Shown: one piece after another, positions 29,101-39,274 of the stretch
Layout: each line of letters begins with the position of its first letter
Position numbering within the stretch: position 1 is the stretch's first letter
DNA from: Candidatus Poribacteria bacterium
Lineage (GTDB): Bacteria; Poribacteria; WGA-4E; WGA-3G
Direction: 5' to 3'
Assembly (NCBI GenBank): GCA_022394755.1
Contig: JAGFCA010000028.1
Span: forward strand, 3,237 to 67,236
Length of the DNA: 64,000 nt
Made by a program: the position numbers and the translations under genes
The notes under the pieces: generated by a model
Seen by the model: only the letters and a program-made list of their open reading frames with translations
Told to the model about the DNA's origin: nothing
Database searches by the model: none

Positions 29101-30301
29101 TTTTTTTCATCTCCGTCATCTTCAACAACAACTCATAATTCCCGTGCCACTGTACAAAATCAGCACCCCCCATAAATGCACCATGTTTTGCTGTTCGACC
29201 ATAGTAGTGCCACAAATCAAAGTAGATAAATTCTATGGGTTCATCAAAAGGTGTCTCAGTAAGCAATCCTTCCTCACGTAGCGATTGCATCAATGTAACC
29301 GCTTCCGAAATTTTGCTATTAGTATCAATAACGACCTGTTCAGCCTCCTGATAATAACGTTCTATCTGTGTAGTTGCGTGGCATTTTAAGCATGTTTCTT
29401 TCATTGCATCTTGCCCCTGTTGATAGGTTGGTCGTTTATCTGAGATAGATGCAAATAACCAATATGAAAGTCGTTCAGTTGTATCGTGTGTAACATTTAG
29501 TCCATCTAAACCGCTTAGGTGACAGGTTACGCAAGTTGGTACTGACATGTCTGCAGTCGTAAGTGATTTGGGTGGTGCTTTAAGATTCATCTCTGATTTC
29601 TGTGCGTTATAAAGGACACCATGCTTCGATTCATGATAAATTTCAATCTGTGAATGGTCTGGTCCCATGTGGCATTGACCACAAGTTTCGGGTTCGCGTG
29701 CTAAAGCAACAGAACTTGAATGTCGTGCATGGCAACTCGTGCAGTTCCCTATAGAACCATCAGAGTTCGGTTTTCCAATATCGTGGCATCCATAACATCC
29801 TACAATCGTAGCACTTTCTCCTTCAATAATTGCTAAAGAATTAGCAGGACGTTCAACAGCTCCTTTATGATACTTTTCAGCAAAGGCAATCTGTTCTGCA
29901 GTAAAATCTTTTGCTCCAGACACTGCTGCCCATGCGGGGGCTGCATGTCTACTTCTGAGAAACTGCGAATATTCAGTTGAATGGCATTCACTACAATTTT
30001 TAGCTGTAAGGTGTTGTGCTATTGTAAACCCTCGGTGTGCTTGTGTTTCCTGATTCTCCACAGCTTTGTGGCAATCTAAGCAGCTTACACCGTGTTTTGC
30101 GTGTTCGCTTCGTTCAAATTGATGGACAACAGCAGACGTAGTACGACGATGACATTCTGCACACTTCCCTGAGGCACGTACGAAATCGGCACTTGGTTGG
30201 TTAACTTCTACCGTTGGTCGTTTCGCATTCAAGATCAACACGATAGCAATCAGAACAATCCCGAGAAATACCGAAATAAAGATAGATTTAAATGATTTCA
30301 T
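29066..30301 (-). CDS. Membrane-anchored octaheme c-type cytochrome
   Basis: N-terminal signal/anchor. Eight CxxCH motifs: CAECH, CLDCH, CSECH, CYGCH, CTSCH, CGQCH, CVTCH and CLKCH. Confidence 0.85.
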   Translation of the reverse strand: MKSFKSIFISVFLGIVLIAIVLILNAKRPTVEVNQPSADFVRASGKCAECHRRTTSAVVHQFERSEHAKHGVSCLDCHKAVENQETQAHRGFTIAQHLTAKNCSECHSTEYSQFLRSRHAAPAWAAVSGAKDFTAEQIAFAEKYHKGAVERPANSLAIIEGESATIVGCYGCHDIGKPNSDGSIGNCTSCHARHSSSVALAREPETCGQCHMGPDHSQIEIYHESKHGVLYNAQKSEMNLKAPPKSLTTADMSVPTCVTCHLSGLDGLNVTHDTTERLSYWLFASISDKRPTYQQGQDAMKETCLKCHATTQIERYYQEAEQVVIDTNSKISEAVTLMQSLREEGLLTETPFDEPIEFIYFDLWHYYGRTAKHGAFMGGADFVQWHGNYELLLKMTEMKKIAQELRQNATK

Positions 30302-30320
30302 AACAATTTGATACCGTAAA

Positions 30321-31400
30321 TTAAAGCCACTTTTTTAGTTTGAAATAGATAAACATTCCGATACTAATAGTCAACATAGCTAACAGAACAACCGGATAGC
30401 CCCAAAGTGAATCAAGTTCAGGCATGAATTTGAAATTCATGCCATAAATACCAGTGATGAATGTAAGTGGTATAAAAAAAGTGGCAACAACGGTTAATAC
30501 TTTCATCACTTCATTCATCCTATGACTGATAGCGGAAGTATAGGTATTAAACAATTCCGAAACAGCAATTCGTAGAGTTTCTATTGTGTGTATCACCTGT
30601 TCTAAATGATCATAGACATCTTGAAAATACAGATGTGTGTCTTGTGTAATAAATTGTATTTCACCCTTTACCGTCTCTTCCAGTACATCACGTAACGGAA
30701 GTATTGGTCTCCGTAGAAATAAGAATTCCCTTCTCAATGAATTAATCTCAGTAAGTACTTCTGGGGTGGGATTGGTTATAGCTTGCTCTTCTACTGCCTC
30801 AATTCTGTCGTTAAGCTGGTCAATGATTATAAAGTAGTTATCGACAATAATATCAATTAACGCACACAACAAATAATCGACACCCATCTGTCGAATTCTA
30901 CCCATTTTATTCCGTAGTCTGTCTTTTACAGAAGCAAATAGATCTCCAGGTTCCTCTTGCAGAGAGATCAGAAAATTCTCACCAATAATCAAACTGATTT
31001 GCTCTTTAGAAATATCTAATGATGTCGTAGGGTAACCGATGCTTTTGAGAATTATAAATACATACTTATCATGTACTTCTATTTTAGGTAATTGTGTGGA
31101 AGTCATTAAATCCTCAAGCACAAGAGAATTGACACCAAAATGGACTCCGATCTCTTCAATAATTTCCGCATCATGAATACCCTCAGCATGAATCCATAAT
31201 ACAGTATCATCATTTCTATAAGGCAGACATGCCTCAACTGTTTGAACTATATTCTCGTCAAAAAGTGTTTCATTGTAATTGAAAACACTAATTTGAACAG
31301 GGTCTGTTCGTTCTTCCCCTACATAAACAAGCGTTCCTGGAGGAAGTCCAACTTTCCTATTGGTATATTTTTTTAATGAACTTATTAATGGAATCCTCAT
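30321..31400 (-). CDS. corA: Magnesium/cobalt transporter CorA
   Basis: C-terminal two TM helices with the YGMNF signature. Length of 359 aa. Confidence 0.9.
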   Translation of the reverse strand: MRIPLISSLKKYTNRKVGLPPGTLVYVGEERTDPVQISVFNYNETLFDENIVQTVEACLPYRNDDTVLWIHAEGIHDAEIIEEIGVHFGVNSLVLEDLMTSTQLPKIEVHDKYVFIILKSIGYPTTSLDISKEQISLIIGENFLISLQEEPGDLFASVKDRLRNKMGRIRQMGVDYLLCALIDIIVDNYFIIIDQLNDRIEAVEEQAITNPTPEVLTEINSLRREFLFLRRPILPLRDVLEETVKGEIQFITQDTHLYFQDVYDHLEQVIHTIETLRIAVSELFNTYTSAISHRMNEVMKVLTVVATFFIPLTFITGIYGMNFKFMPELDSLWGYPVVLLAMLTISIGMFIYFKLKKWL

Positions 31401-31436
31401 TTTATTCTCAATATTTAGGAGTTATGTTGATACATT

Positions 31437-31826
31437 TTAATCCGATACTTTACCACCAATAACAATCAAGAAAGAACTATCTTTCGTTGCATGAACCGAG
31501 TGAAGGACATCACCAGTGAAGGTAACCCCATCCCCTTTTTCAAGTGTAATTTTATTTTTGTTTGATGTGAAGATTATCTCTCCTGTGAGCATAACAACGA
31601 CCGCAGCAGAGGGTGCTCGATGTTCACTCAATGTTGTTTCTGCTTTCATAACAGTCAAAACGACTGTCATTTCATCTCCCCGTGCTAAAGTAAGAGATGC
31701 TCGACCTGAAGTGGCAAATTCGGCTTCTTCCATAAGGTTTTCAGTCATTGAAACAAACGGAAAACCTTGGGTTAATGTTGTATTTAGATCTACTGGTCTA
31801 TATGGTCTTTCGTAAGAGGCATTCAT
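31437..31826 (-). CDS. Cupin-domain protein
   Basis: Small beta-barrel cupin-2-like sequence with conserved His residues (EHRAP, HSVHA). Confidence 0.5.
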   Translation of the reverse strand: MNASYERPYRPVDLNTTLTQGFPFVSMTENLMEEAEFATSGRASLTLARGDEMTVVLTVMKAETTLSEHRAPSAAVVVMLTGEIIFTSNKNKITLEKGDGVTFTGDVLHSVHATKDSSFLIVIGGKVSD

Positions 31827-32094
31827 TATATTCTCCTGATTTAGAGTAAATAGGTAAAAGCAGGCACATTGTTCCCCGAAATACCTATGATGATTCTACC
31901 AAAACGCGCAAACCTTTTCAAGGCATGTAAATTTTGACAGTGTTTACAGACCTTTATCAGCCAAAACACCTATCCCAGGCAAGGTTTTGGTAGTGTGTTA
32001 ATGGTTTATAACGTCGTGAAAGTCGTAGATAGGTCGAGAACTTTGAAAAAGGAAATCACGAATAAGAGCTTATAATTCCGAATACTTTCCTGCT

Positions 32095-32736
32095 CTATTT
32101 TTCGTCAACCCATTCCAATGGCTTGTTCTCTAAATATGGTCGGAGAAGTTCACGTAGTTTTCGATGTGCCTTATGTAAATGGGTTTTTACCGTACCTTCT
32201 GATCGATTTATATGGAGAGCGATCTCTTTCATAAGAAGTTTCTGATCATACCGTAGTTTAAAGACCTCCTGTTGCTTAGGTGGCAGATGTGTTATTGCTT
32301 TGGTGATCATATCCCCAAGTTCTTCCATCTCTACAAAGTGTGAAGGTGATGGAAAACTACCAAATAAGAGACACTCTTCTGGTGTTTTAGGTAATTCATC
32401 ATATAAGTAATTTTGTCGTCTTTTCTGTTTTCGCTGAAAATCGATGCAACAATTCTCAGCTATACGGTATAACCAACTATAAAAAGCGGAATCATGTTTG
32501 AATCTTGGCAACGCTTTATATGCTTTTAGGAATACTTCTTGTGAGAGATCTTTTGTGGCTTCAACGTCTTTAACGTATTTGTAAATAAGTTTAGCAATCT
32601 GATCCTGATATTTTAGTACTAATGTATTAAATGCCGATGTATCACCATTTTGGAAACGTGTAACGAGTGTAATTTCATCAATTGAATCGAGTTCATTAGT
32701 TGACAACATATCTACAGTGTTTTCTATTTTTTGCAT
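32095..32736 (-). CDS. ECF-family RNA polymerase sigma factor
   Basis: Region 2 (FLKAYKALPRF...WLYRIAENCCIDFQRK) and region 4 (ALHINRSEGTVKTHLHKAHRKL). Confidence 0.85.
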   Translation of the reverse strand: MQKIENTVDMLSTNELDSIDEITLVTRFQNGDTSAFNTLVLKYQDQIAKLIYKYVKDVEATKDLSQEVFLKAYKALPRFKHDSAFYSWLYRIAENCCIDFQRKQKRRQNYLYDELPKTPEECLLFGSFPSPSHFVEMEELGDMITKAITHLPPKQQEVFKLRYDQKLLMKEIALHINRSEGTVKTHLHKAHRKLRELLRPYLENKPLEWVDEK

Positions 32737-33251
32737 ACTTATCTCTCCTTGAGCAGTTGTTTTATTATTTCATGCATATTGGATTATCTTAGATTCACAT
32801 AAAATCGACTTTGGTTTCTCTCAATTCTTTATTAATCTTTATAATTATTAGGTGATAAAAGAGAGTTTACAGTAAACAACGATGGAGTAGGACGGCATAC
32901 TACGTGGGACAACTGTATTTAAGGTGAAGGACTGGAATCCCAACTACAAGGAGGCAACCTCATACAATTGACACCCATGGGTAGATTGTATTCACCCATG
33001 CAAAACACACTTATGCCGATATGACATTATATATACACACCAAAAACCAAAAAATGTTCCCAAAATTTGGTTTTTCTTTTAATCATCGCATTCTTGTCTA
33101 AAACCCGAAATAGGCAATAGGAAGTTTATGAACAAAGTAAAGTGAATGGTAATAGAAATGGTATAACTATTCTGTGTGCATTCTGCTTTTACTTGACAAT
33201 AACAGTTTAGTAGCGTAAAGTGTTTATAGTGCTTAGAGATAAGGTATACCT

Positions 33252-34634
33252 ATGCGCCGCTTTAGTATTCAAACCAAAATTGTCCTCCCTTTTCTGCTCC
33301 TGTTTGTATTTGTTTCGATCCTCGTGCCATTGATAACTGTGGAATTATTCGTCTGGAAATACAGTGAACAGTTTACACGTGAAACAGAAGGATGGCTGAA
33401 TGTCATAGTCGACACAGGATATTTCTTGGATAATATCAAGGTGAAACAGGCGTATAGTGTAGAAATCATGATTTTTGGATCGGATTATACGCTCAACTCT
33501 ACAACTCTCACCGGTCTCTCTGATGAAGAACAAAACTACGAATACCTTGCTAACCTTTTTGAACTAAAGGATATCAAGCAGAAATCTGAAGACCAAGCCG
33601 CGAATACCTTACCCATTACCCATGACATCACACTCGGTGGTATTCCTTACAAAGTATTTTATCGAATCCTTCCTCAAGGCAGATACTACTGTCTTTTACG
33701 TCCTATGGATGAAATAGCAGATGCTAAACGGACGCTTACATGGTCAATGTTGGGAATTGCGGTGTTTGTTATTGCCCTTGTGGCTTTTATCAGTCAGAAA
33801 ATAGGAAAAAATCTAACAGATCCGATTAAAGATTTAGTTGGTTTTACAACACAAGTAGCAGAGGGTAATCTTGATAATCAGTGTGAAATTAAGACACAGG
33901 ATGAAATTGGGGATTTAACTGTTGCGTTTAACCAGATGACTCATGATCTAAAACAATCGCGGGACAAGTTAATTCAAGCGGAACGTTTAGCAACTGCGGG
34001 AAAAATGTCTGCCTCATTTGCCCACGAAATTCGGAATCCATTATCATCTATGCGGATGTTATCGCAGATGTTAATGAAAAAGCCTGATGTAACACCAGAA
34101 CAGCAAAAATCTCTCGAATATATCCTTGAGGAAATCGAAAGAATTGATAACATTGTCAAAGGTTTGATGGATTTTGCACGTCCGACAACGCTTAATCTTG
34201 AGCAACAACCGTTACCCCCTGTATTACAGTCCGTTTTAGCATTGATGGAAGCAAACTTAGAGCATCACCAGATTCATTTAGTATCTGATTTTTCAAGTGA
34301 TCTTACGGAGTTTAAATTCGATTCGGATAAAGTGAAACAAGCATTTATGAATGTTGTTTTGAATGGAATGGAAGCAATGCCAGAAGGTGGTACATTAACT
34401 GTGTCTACTTTCAAAGAGAAAGCTGCTGTGTGTATCCAAGTTATGGACACAGGAGTAGGTATATCTGAGGAAGATATCGACCATCTATTTGAGCCGTTTT
34501 TTACTCGTAAGGATAAAGGGACAGGCCTCGGATTAGCAAATGTAAAACGGATTCTTGAGGAACATAACGGTAAGATTGAAATAGATAGTACTCTTAGTGA
34601 AGGGACAACGGTTACGATGTGGTTGCCGTGTTGA
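33252..34634 (+). CDS. Sensor histidine kinase (TM, HAMP, HisKA, HATPase)
   Basis: HAMP region ITDPIKDLVGFTTQVAEGNLD. H-box SFAHEIRNPLSSM. N/G boxes NVVLNGMEA, DTGVGI and GTGLGLA. Confidence 0.9.
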   Translation: MRRFSIQTKIVLPFLLLFVFVSILVPLITVELFVWKYSEQFTRETEGWLNVIVDTGYFLDNIKVKQAYSVEIMIFGSDYTLNSTTLTGLSDEEQNYEYLANLFELKDIKQKSEDQAANTLPITHDITLGGIPYKVFYRILPQGRYYCLLRPMDEIADAKRTLTWSMLGIAVFVIALVAFISQKIGKNLTDPIKDLVGFTTQVAEGNLDNQCEIKTQDEIGDLTVAFNQMTHDLKQSRDKLIQAERLATAGKMSASFAHEIRNPLSSMRMLSQMLMKKPDVTPEQQKSLEYILEEIERIDNIVKGLMDFARPTTLNLEQQPLPPVLQSVLALMEANLEHHQIHLVSDFSSDLTEFKFDSDKVKQAFMNVVLNGMEAMPEGGTLTVSTFKEKAAVCIQVMDTGVGISEEDIDHLFEPFFTRKDKGTGLGLANVKRILEEHNGKIEIDSTLSEGTTVTMWLPC

Positions 34635-34948
34635 CCCCTCAGAACTGCCCAAGCAACAATAATGGTAAAACCTCAAGCACTCTCATATTTCCTTGCGAAC
34701 TTACTCTCTCAAGCACGTCGTCTCTAATCTTAGTAAAACCTAACTAACTTGCGACTTCCTGAAGAATTGATTTCCAAACAAGACAACTATATACAGGTGT
34801 TTTTACAAACATTCTGAAGAAACACCCAAACAAACCCCGCTGGGAAACAACGTTGATTTGCACTTGAACTTATTTATATGAGTTATGTCGGTGTGAGAAA
34901 CTCACTGAAACATTGGAAAAGCAGAAAAATGTCCAAACTTTAGTTCTT

Positions 34949-35542
34949 TTAAGCAAGGGAACATAATTCCTGATCATGATAACTATCGGCTTTGATGTCC
35001 TTAGCGTTATGTCGATACGTAGTACAGACGCGATAATCATTTTTACATTTGGCGCAGGTCTTCTCTTGATGTGCAGTCGTATCCTGACAGGACCAGAGGA
35101 TTGTCGACTGACAACTACAGGGACCGATGAGATGTGAGTCAAAGGTTGCCGTTTTTTTCTTACATTTCCTACATAGGATGACAGGCGGAACCCCGTATTT
35201 CGCAAAAAGATTGTTGACGATTTCTTCAGCGGCAGCCGCACCGAATCTTTCGGTCAATTCCGCTGTAGTAACAGTCCTTGCTTCTGCGGTAACGTCCGTA
35301 TCTTCTGCAAGTGCGGCGAAGATTTCACGATAGGCTTCGCCGAATTCTGCGTCCCGTTTCTCAATCTGTTTCTGAAGTTTGAGACAATCTTCCATGGTAG
35401 GATAACGTCTTTTGAATAATTCGGGAGAGAGTCGTAGAAAATTGAATGTGTCGGGATATTTCTCGATTACAAGGTCATTGCATTCACGCAACTTTAAGAC
35501 CCTGGACTCTATGCGTATGGTGTCTTTCATCTTGTTTTGCAT
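34949..35542 (-). CDS. Hypothetical protein with Cys-rich C-terminus (putative metal-binding)
   Basis: ORF of 197 aa. C-terminus CRKCKKK...CSCQ...CAKCKNDYRVC. Overlaps the upstream protease gene by 16 nt. Confidence 0.4.
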   Translation of the reverse strand: MQNKMKDTIRIESRVLKLRECNDLVIEKYPDTFNFLRLSPELFKRRYPTMEDCLKLQKQIEKRDAEFGEAYREIFAALAEDTDVTAEARTVTTAELTERFGAAAAEEIVNNLFAKYGVPPVILCRKCKKKTATFDSHLIGPCSCQSTILWSCQDTTAHQEKTCAKCKNDYRVCTTYRHNAKDIKADSYHDQELCSLA

Positions 35543-36789
35543 AACTTTTCCTTTGCCTTCTTGAAATCCGCTTCAGATGCGGCTTGTTGTCCAAGTTTTT
35601 CTATTGCAAGCGCACGATTATAGTAGACATCAGCATCTTCAGGGGACAGGCAGAACGCAGCATCGTAATCTAAGATCGCACCACGATAATCCCCAAGTTC
35701 ATCTTTCGCATACCCACGATTATAGTAGACATCAACATCTTCAGGGGACAGGCATAACGCAGCATCGTAATCTAAGATCGCACCACTATAATCCCCAAGT
35801 TCACCTTTCGCATACCCACGATTAAAATACACATTGTCGTACTGTGGATTTAACCGGATCACTTGTGTGTAATCTAAGACAGCGGACCGAAAATCACCAA
35901 GTGCCTCTTTCGCAAGCGCACGATTAAAATAAGCTACGACAAATTCAGGATTGAGACGGAGTGTCGTATCGTAATCTGACACGGCAGCACTAAAATCGCC
36001 AAGTGCCTCTTTCGCAAGCGCACGATTAAAGAACCCATAGAAATACTCAGCGTTTAATTTTATAGCACAATCATAATACGATATAGCTTTTTTATACTTA
36101 CCTTTCTCTGATTGGGCGGAACCCAAAGCTATCTTCGTATAGGCTCTTATTTCGGGGCGTTTCTGCCACGTTAGCAAAGACTCAACTTGCCTTGAATTCG
36201 ATATCAGTTCTCGCAGCACTATTGTTGGAATAGCATTTACAAAAATATAACTCTTTTCACTATTCTCAATTTCACAAGCAGAAACAACAACACCGACGAC
36301 TTCACCGCTGTTGTTCAACACAGCCCCTCCACTATAACCTGGTCCCACATTATCTTTGGGGCGTTTCACTTTTATTTGAAAGAGTTTGTTACAACGTGGA
36401 TCAATAACAACACCCATCATACCATTATATTCGCTGTTATGTCCATACCCAATAAAATAAACAGGTTCACCCTTTTTAAGGGCTTCAAGATTTCCAATCG
36501 GTAGTGGAACACCAGGTCCGGAAACTTTTATCAACGCCAGATCATTTCTGGTGTCAAACGCTGTTACACCTACAAGCGAGTACCTCTTTGTAAGTGAATG
36601 ACCACCACAAATAGAGACTTTTGTAGATCCATTTATTGCATGCACGTTTGTCACAACTATGTCGCGCGTAACAAAAAAGCCACTCGCCAATCTTCTCGTT
36701 AACCCAAATTTTTTCCTCTTTATGCAAGCGGTTGATCTACGGTTGCTGATTATTTGAGACAATGTGTCTTGGTTAACTCCCATACCCAT
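35527..36789 (-). CDS. Trypsin-like (S1/DegP-type) serine protease domain fused to about 6 C-terminal TPR repeats
   Basis: Protease catalytic triad context: TNVHAI (His), DLALIKV (Asp) and GYSGGAV (Ser). Repeated TPR units YFNRALAKEALGDF..AVLDY. Confidence 0.75.
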   Translation of the reverse strand: MGMGVNQDTLSQIISNRRSTACIKRKKFGLTRRLASGFFVTRDIVVTNVHAINGSTKVSICGGHSLTKRYSLVGVTAFDTRNDLALIKVSGPGVPLPIGNLEALKKGEPVYFIGYGHNSEYNGMMGVVIDPRCNKLFQIKVKRPKDNVGPGYSGGAVLNNSGEVVGVVVSACEIENSEKSYIFVNAIPTIVLRELISNSRQVESLLTWQKRPEIRAYTKIALGSAQSEKGKYKKAISYYDCAIKLNAEYFYGFFNRALAKEALGDFSAAVSDYDTTLRLNPEFVVAYFNRALAKEALGDFRSAVLDYTQVIRLNPQYDNVYFNRGYAKGELGDYSGAILDYDAALCLSPEDVDVYYNRGYAKDELGDYRGAILDYDAAFCLSPEDADVYYNRALAIEKLGQQAASEADFKKAKEKLCKTR

Positions 36790-37185
36790 GTGCTAACCTC
36801 TCACCTTCTACAAAGTCTAAGACGCTTTTGCGTTAATCTGATGAATATGACATAATAATCAGAGGCTACCATACAATAAAAAAGGGTGTTAACCAAATAA
36901 TTATACAAGGTTTAGCAAAATACCGTCTGAATCTCGCTGTATCATCTCAACGAAAAGAATAATAACATTTATGACAAAATTGTCAATGAAAATCAATCTG
37001 AGTATTAATTGACTTACATGGTTAAAACCTCTGTACTCATTGAAAGCAAACAGACTTCCACACAATCCTTTTCAAATCAATTGTAGATGGAATCAATGCT
37101 GAATACTTGTATGAATTCAGCATTGGTTCGTAAGGTATAACCATTTGCGAAACGATTTGAAGGTCTCCCTACAATTCTGATAAAC

Positions 37186-38241
37186 CTATTTTATTGTCCC
37201 CCATTGTGTTGGTTTCTTACCTTCAGGAGAAACTGAAAGCACATCATCACTTATCCAATCAATATAAAAATGATCTCCTTCAAAATCTGTAAGTCGTTTC
37301 ATTTCACCTGTCTTGATATTATACTTATAGATAGTATGAGGTGGGTTTTCTCCCCATCCAAGAGGTAACTCGTTCAAGGCTGCCTTCCTTCCAGTAAAAA
37401 CAATAGATTTATCATCGTCCATCCAATCAATGTCTATACAACTTATGTCTATAGGTATATTTAACCGTTTTACCGTATTGCCGTCTTTATCAGCGATAAA
37501 ATACCGAAATGCCTTGGTGATCATAGATACAATTTCCGGTTTTCGTTCCTCCCACGTATAGTCAATTTGTCTATATACGAAATATCTTCCATCGGATGAC
37601 CATTTTGGTGCCCATCTACCTATATTCAACTCATCCCCAATTGGTGGGGCTAACACTTCTCTAATGTTATCACCATCGGCATCCATAATATAGATACTAT
37701 TTCCAGCTCTCTCCCCACCCAACTGAACAGGTGTGGAAAATATAATGTATTTACCATCCGGTGACCAATCGAGTTGCGCTATGTTTAGATCGTCAGCTAT
37801 CTTCTTGATTTTGCGGGTCTTGATATTTATCACACGAACACTTCGTACGTTTTTTCTATTTATCTCTTGAATCATAGAGAATACAATATAATTCCCGTCT
37901 GGTGAAAAAGCAAACTTACCAAGATCAGCTTTCAGCTCCTTGGGTCCGATGAATTTTTGAATATTTGAACCATCTGGATTCATAAGGTATAGGCCTCCGA
38001 AGTGGCTATGATATATCATAAGTCCGATCAGTTCACCATTGATTGCCCAACGGGACTCATACTTTTCGCGTATTTCGTTCCGACGGAGTTGTGTCACATT
38101 ATCCCCATTATCGTCCATAACGTAAACACCTTCATCACCTTTGTGTATATCGTGTCTTACGGTAAAAAGTATCTTGGCATCCGTCATTGTTGAAGAGAGT
38201 ATTAGTACAATACAAAAAATTACCTGTTTCAAAAAGGGCAT
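37186..38241 (-). CDS. Periplasmic TolB-like / PD40 beta-propeller protein
   Basis: Signal peptide. Repeated (F/W)SPDG(K/N)YI(I/V)F(S) motifs. Confidence 0.7.
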   Translation of the reverse strand: MPFLKQVIFCIVLILSSTMTDAKILFTVRHDIHKGDEGVYVMDDNGDNVTQLRRNEIREKYESRWAINGELIGLMIYHSHFGGLYLMNPDGSNIQKFIGPKELKADLGKFAFSPDGNYIVFSMIQEINRKNVRSVRVINIKTRKIKKIADDLNIAQLDWSPDGKYIIFSTPVQLGGERAGNSIYIMDADGDNIREVLAPPIGDELNIGRWAPKWSSDGRYFVYRQIDYTWEERKPEIVSMITKAFRYFIADKDGNTVKRLNIPIDISCIDIDWMDDDKSIVFTGRKAALNELPLGWGENPPHTIYKYNIKTGEMKRLTDFEGDHFYIDWISDDVLSVSPEGKKPTQWGTIK

Positions 38242-38730
38242 ATCTACTATCCTTTTGCATATTAATTATTGAAGAACCCCTTCAAAGAGGAGTTCTTCAA
38301 TATAGAACAGTTGTTTACTCGGTAATATCAACCGCTTCATCTACACTATTAAATGTCACATCATTCTCAATAAAATAATGATCTTCTCCATTAGGACCTG
38401 ATACGACAAGACGAACATACGCACTGGAAGTGTAACTCTGCATATTAAGATCGACACCATAATGCGTTATGGAATTACTATTTGAATATGATCCAAAATT
38501 AGGACCGATACGTTTCGCTTCGACTTGACCGTCCTCATTTTTCGGTTGTTCCTTTTCTTTTACCTCGCGTCCCGTTAATACATGTCTACAACGGGAGTAA
38601 ACTCTTCTCCTTTTGATACCTTTCTGGTACCATTATTTCAATCAATATCTGAGACATTGATTTGAAGGAAAAGTACTATATTTTAGCACATCTCCCGTTT
38701 ACAGCAAACAAAACGTCATTGAATACGCTA

Positions 38731-38979
38731 TTACCGTTTGCTATTTTGGAATAGCGACACACCGAAATGCTCACGCACTTTCCTAATAATCACACGTTTG
38801 CGCGACTTCACTGTGCTTTCTGGAATGCCTAACTTCTCACCGATTTCAATGGAAGTCCATCCTTCAAACCATAATTCAATGACCATCTTGTATATAGAAT
38901 TCATTTTATCAATTACCTCAAATATAAAAAGTGTAACTTTTTTCATATTTTCGTTGCACAGACAATACAACAACAGCAC
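38731..38979 (-). CDS. Stand-alone sigma-70 region-4-like HTH protein (possible truncated ECF sigma)
   Basis: ELWFEGWTSIEIGEKLGIPESTVKSRKRVIIRKVREHF matches sigma region 4.2. There is no region 2 upstream. Confidence 0.45.
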   Translation of the reverse strand: MLLLYCLCNENMKKVTLFIFEVIDKMNSIYKMVIELWFEGWTSIEIGEKLGIPESTVKSRKRVIIRKVREHFGVSLFQNSKR

Positions 38980-39274
38980 GATCTTCTGACTGAGTATTTA
39001 GGATTAAATCTCTGTTTTTATACCTTATTTTTTGTCTGTATATTAGGATTAAATGTTTGTTTTGATACCTTTTGACCATCAGAAATATCAGTTATTAAAC
39101 AGGATTCTCTACGTGAAATATGTGTAATCCACGTAATCCAACACAAGATAAGCGAATTAATGTCAAACTTTACATACCCTGAATCTTGATTTCTATTGAA
39201 TCAAAACGACTAATTACCTATAATGTACAGCAAAAGTTATCTACATATATATAAAGAACAAGGACGGTCTGATA

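Noticed and set aside
34870-35241. 123-aa ORF overlapping the Cys-rich hypothetical gene in another frame
   Set aside because: It is embedded out of frame within a longer ORF on the same strand. It has no motifs. It is likely spurious.
35577-35825. 82-aa plus-strand ORF with internal peptide repeat
   Set aside because: It is antisense to the tandem TPR repeats of the protease-TPR gene. Its repeat is a mirror artefact of that gene's DNA repeats.
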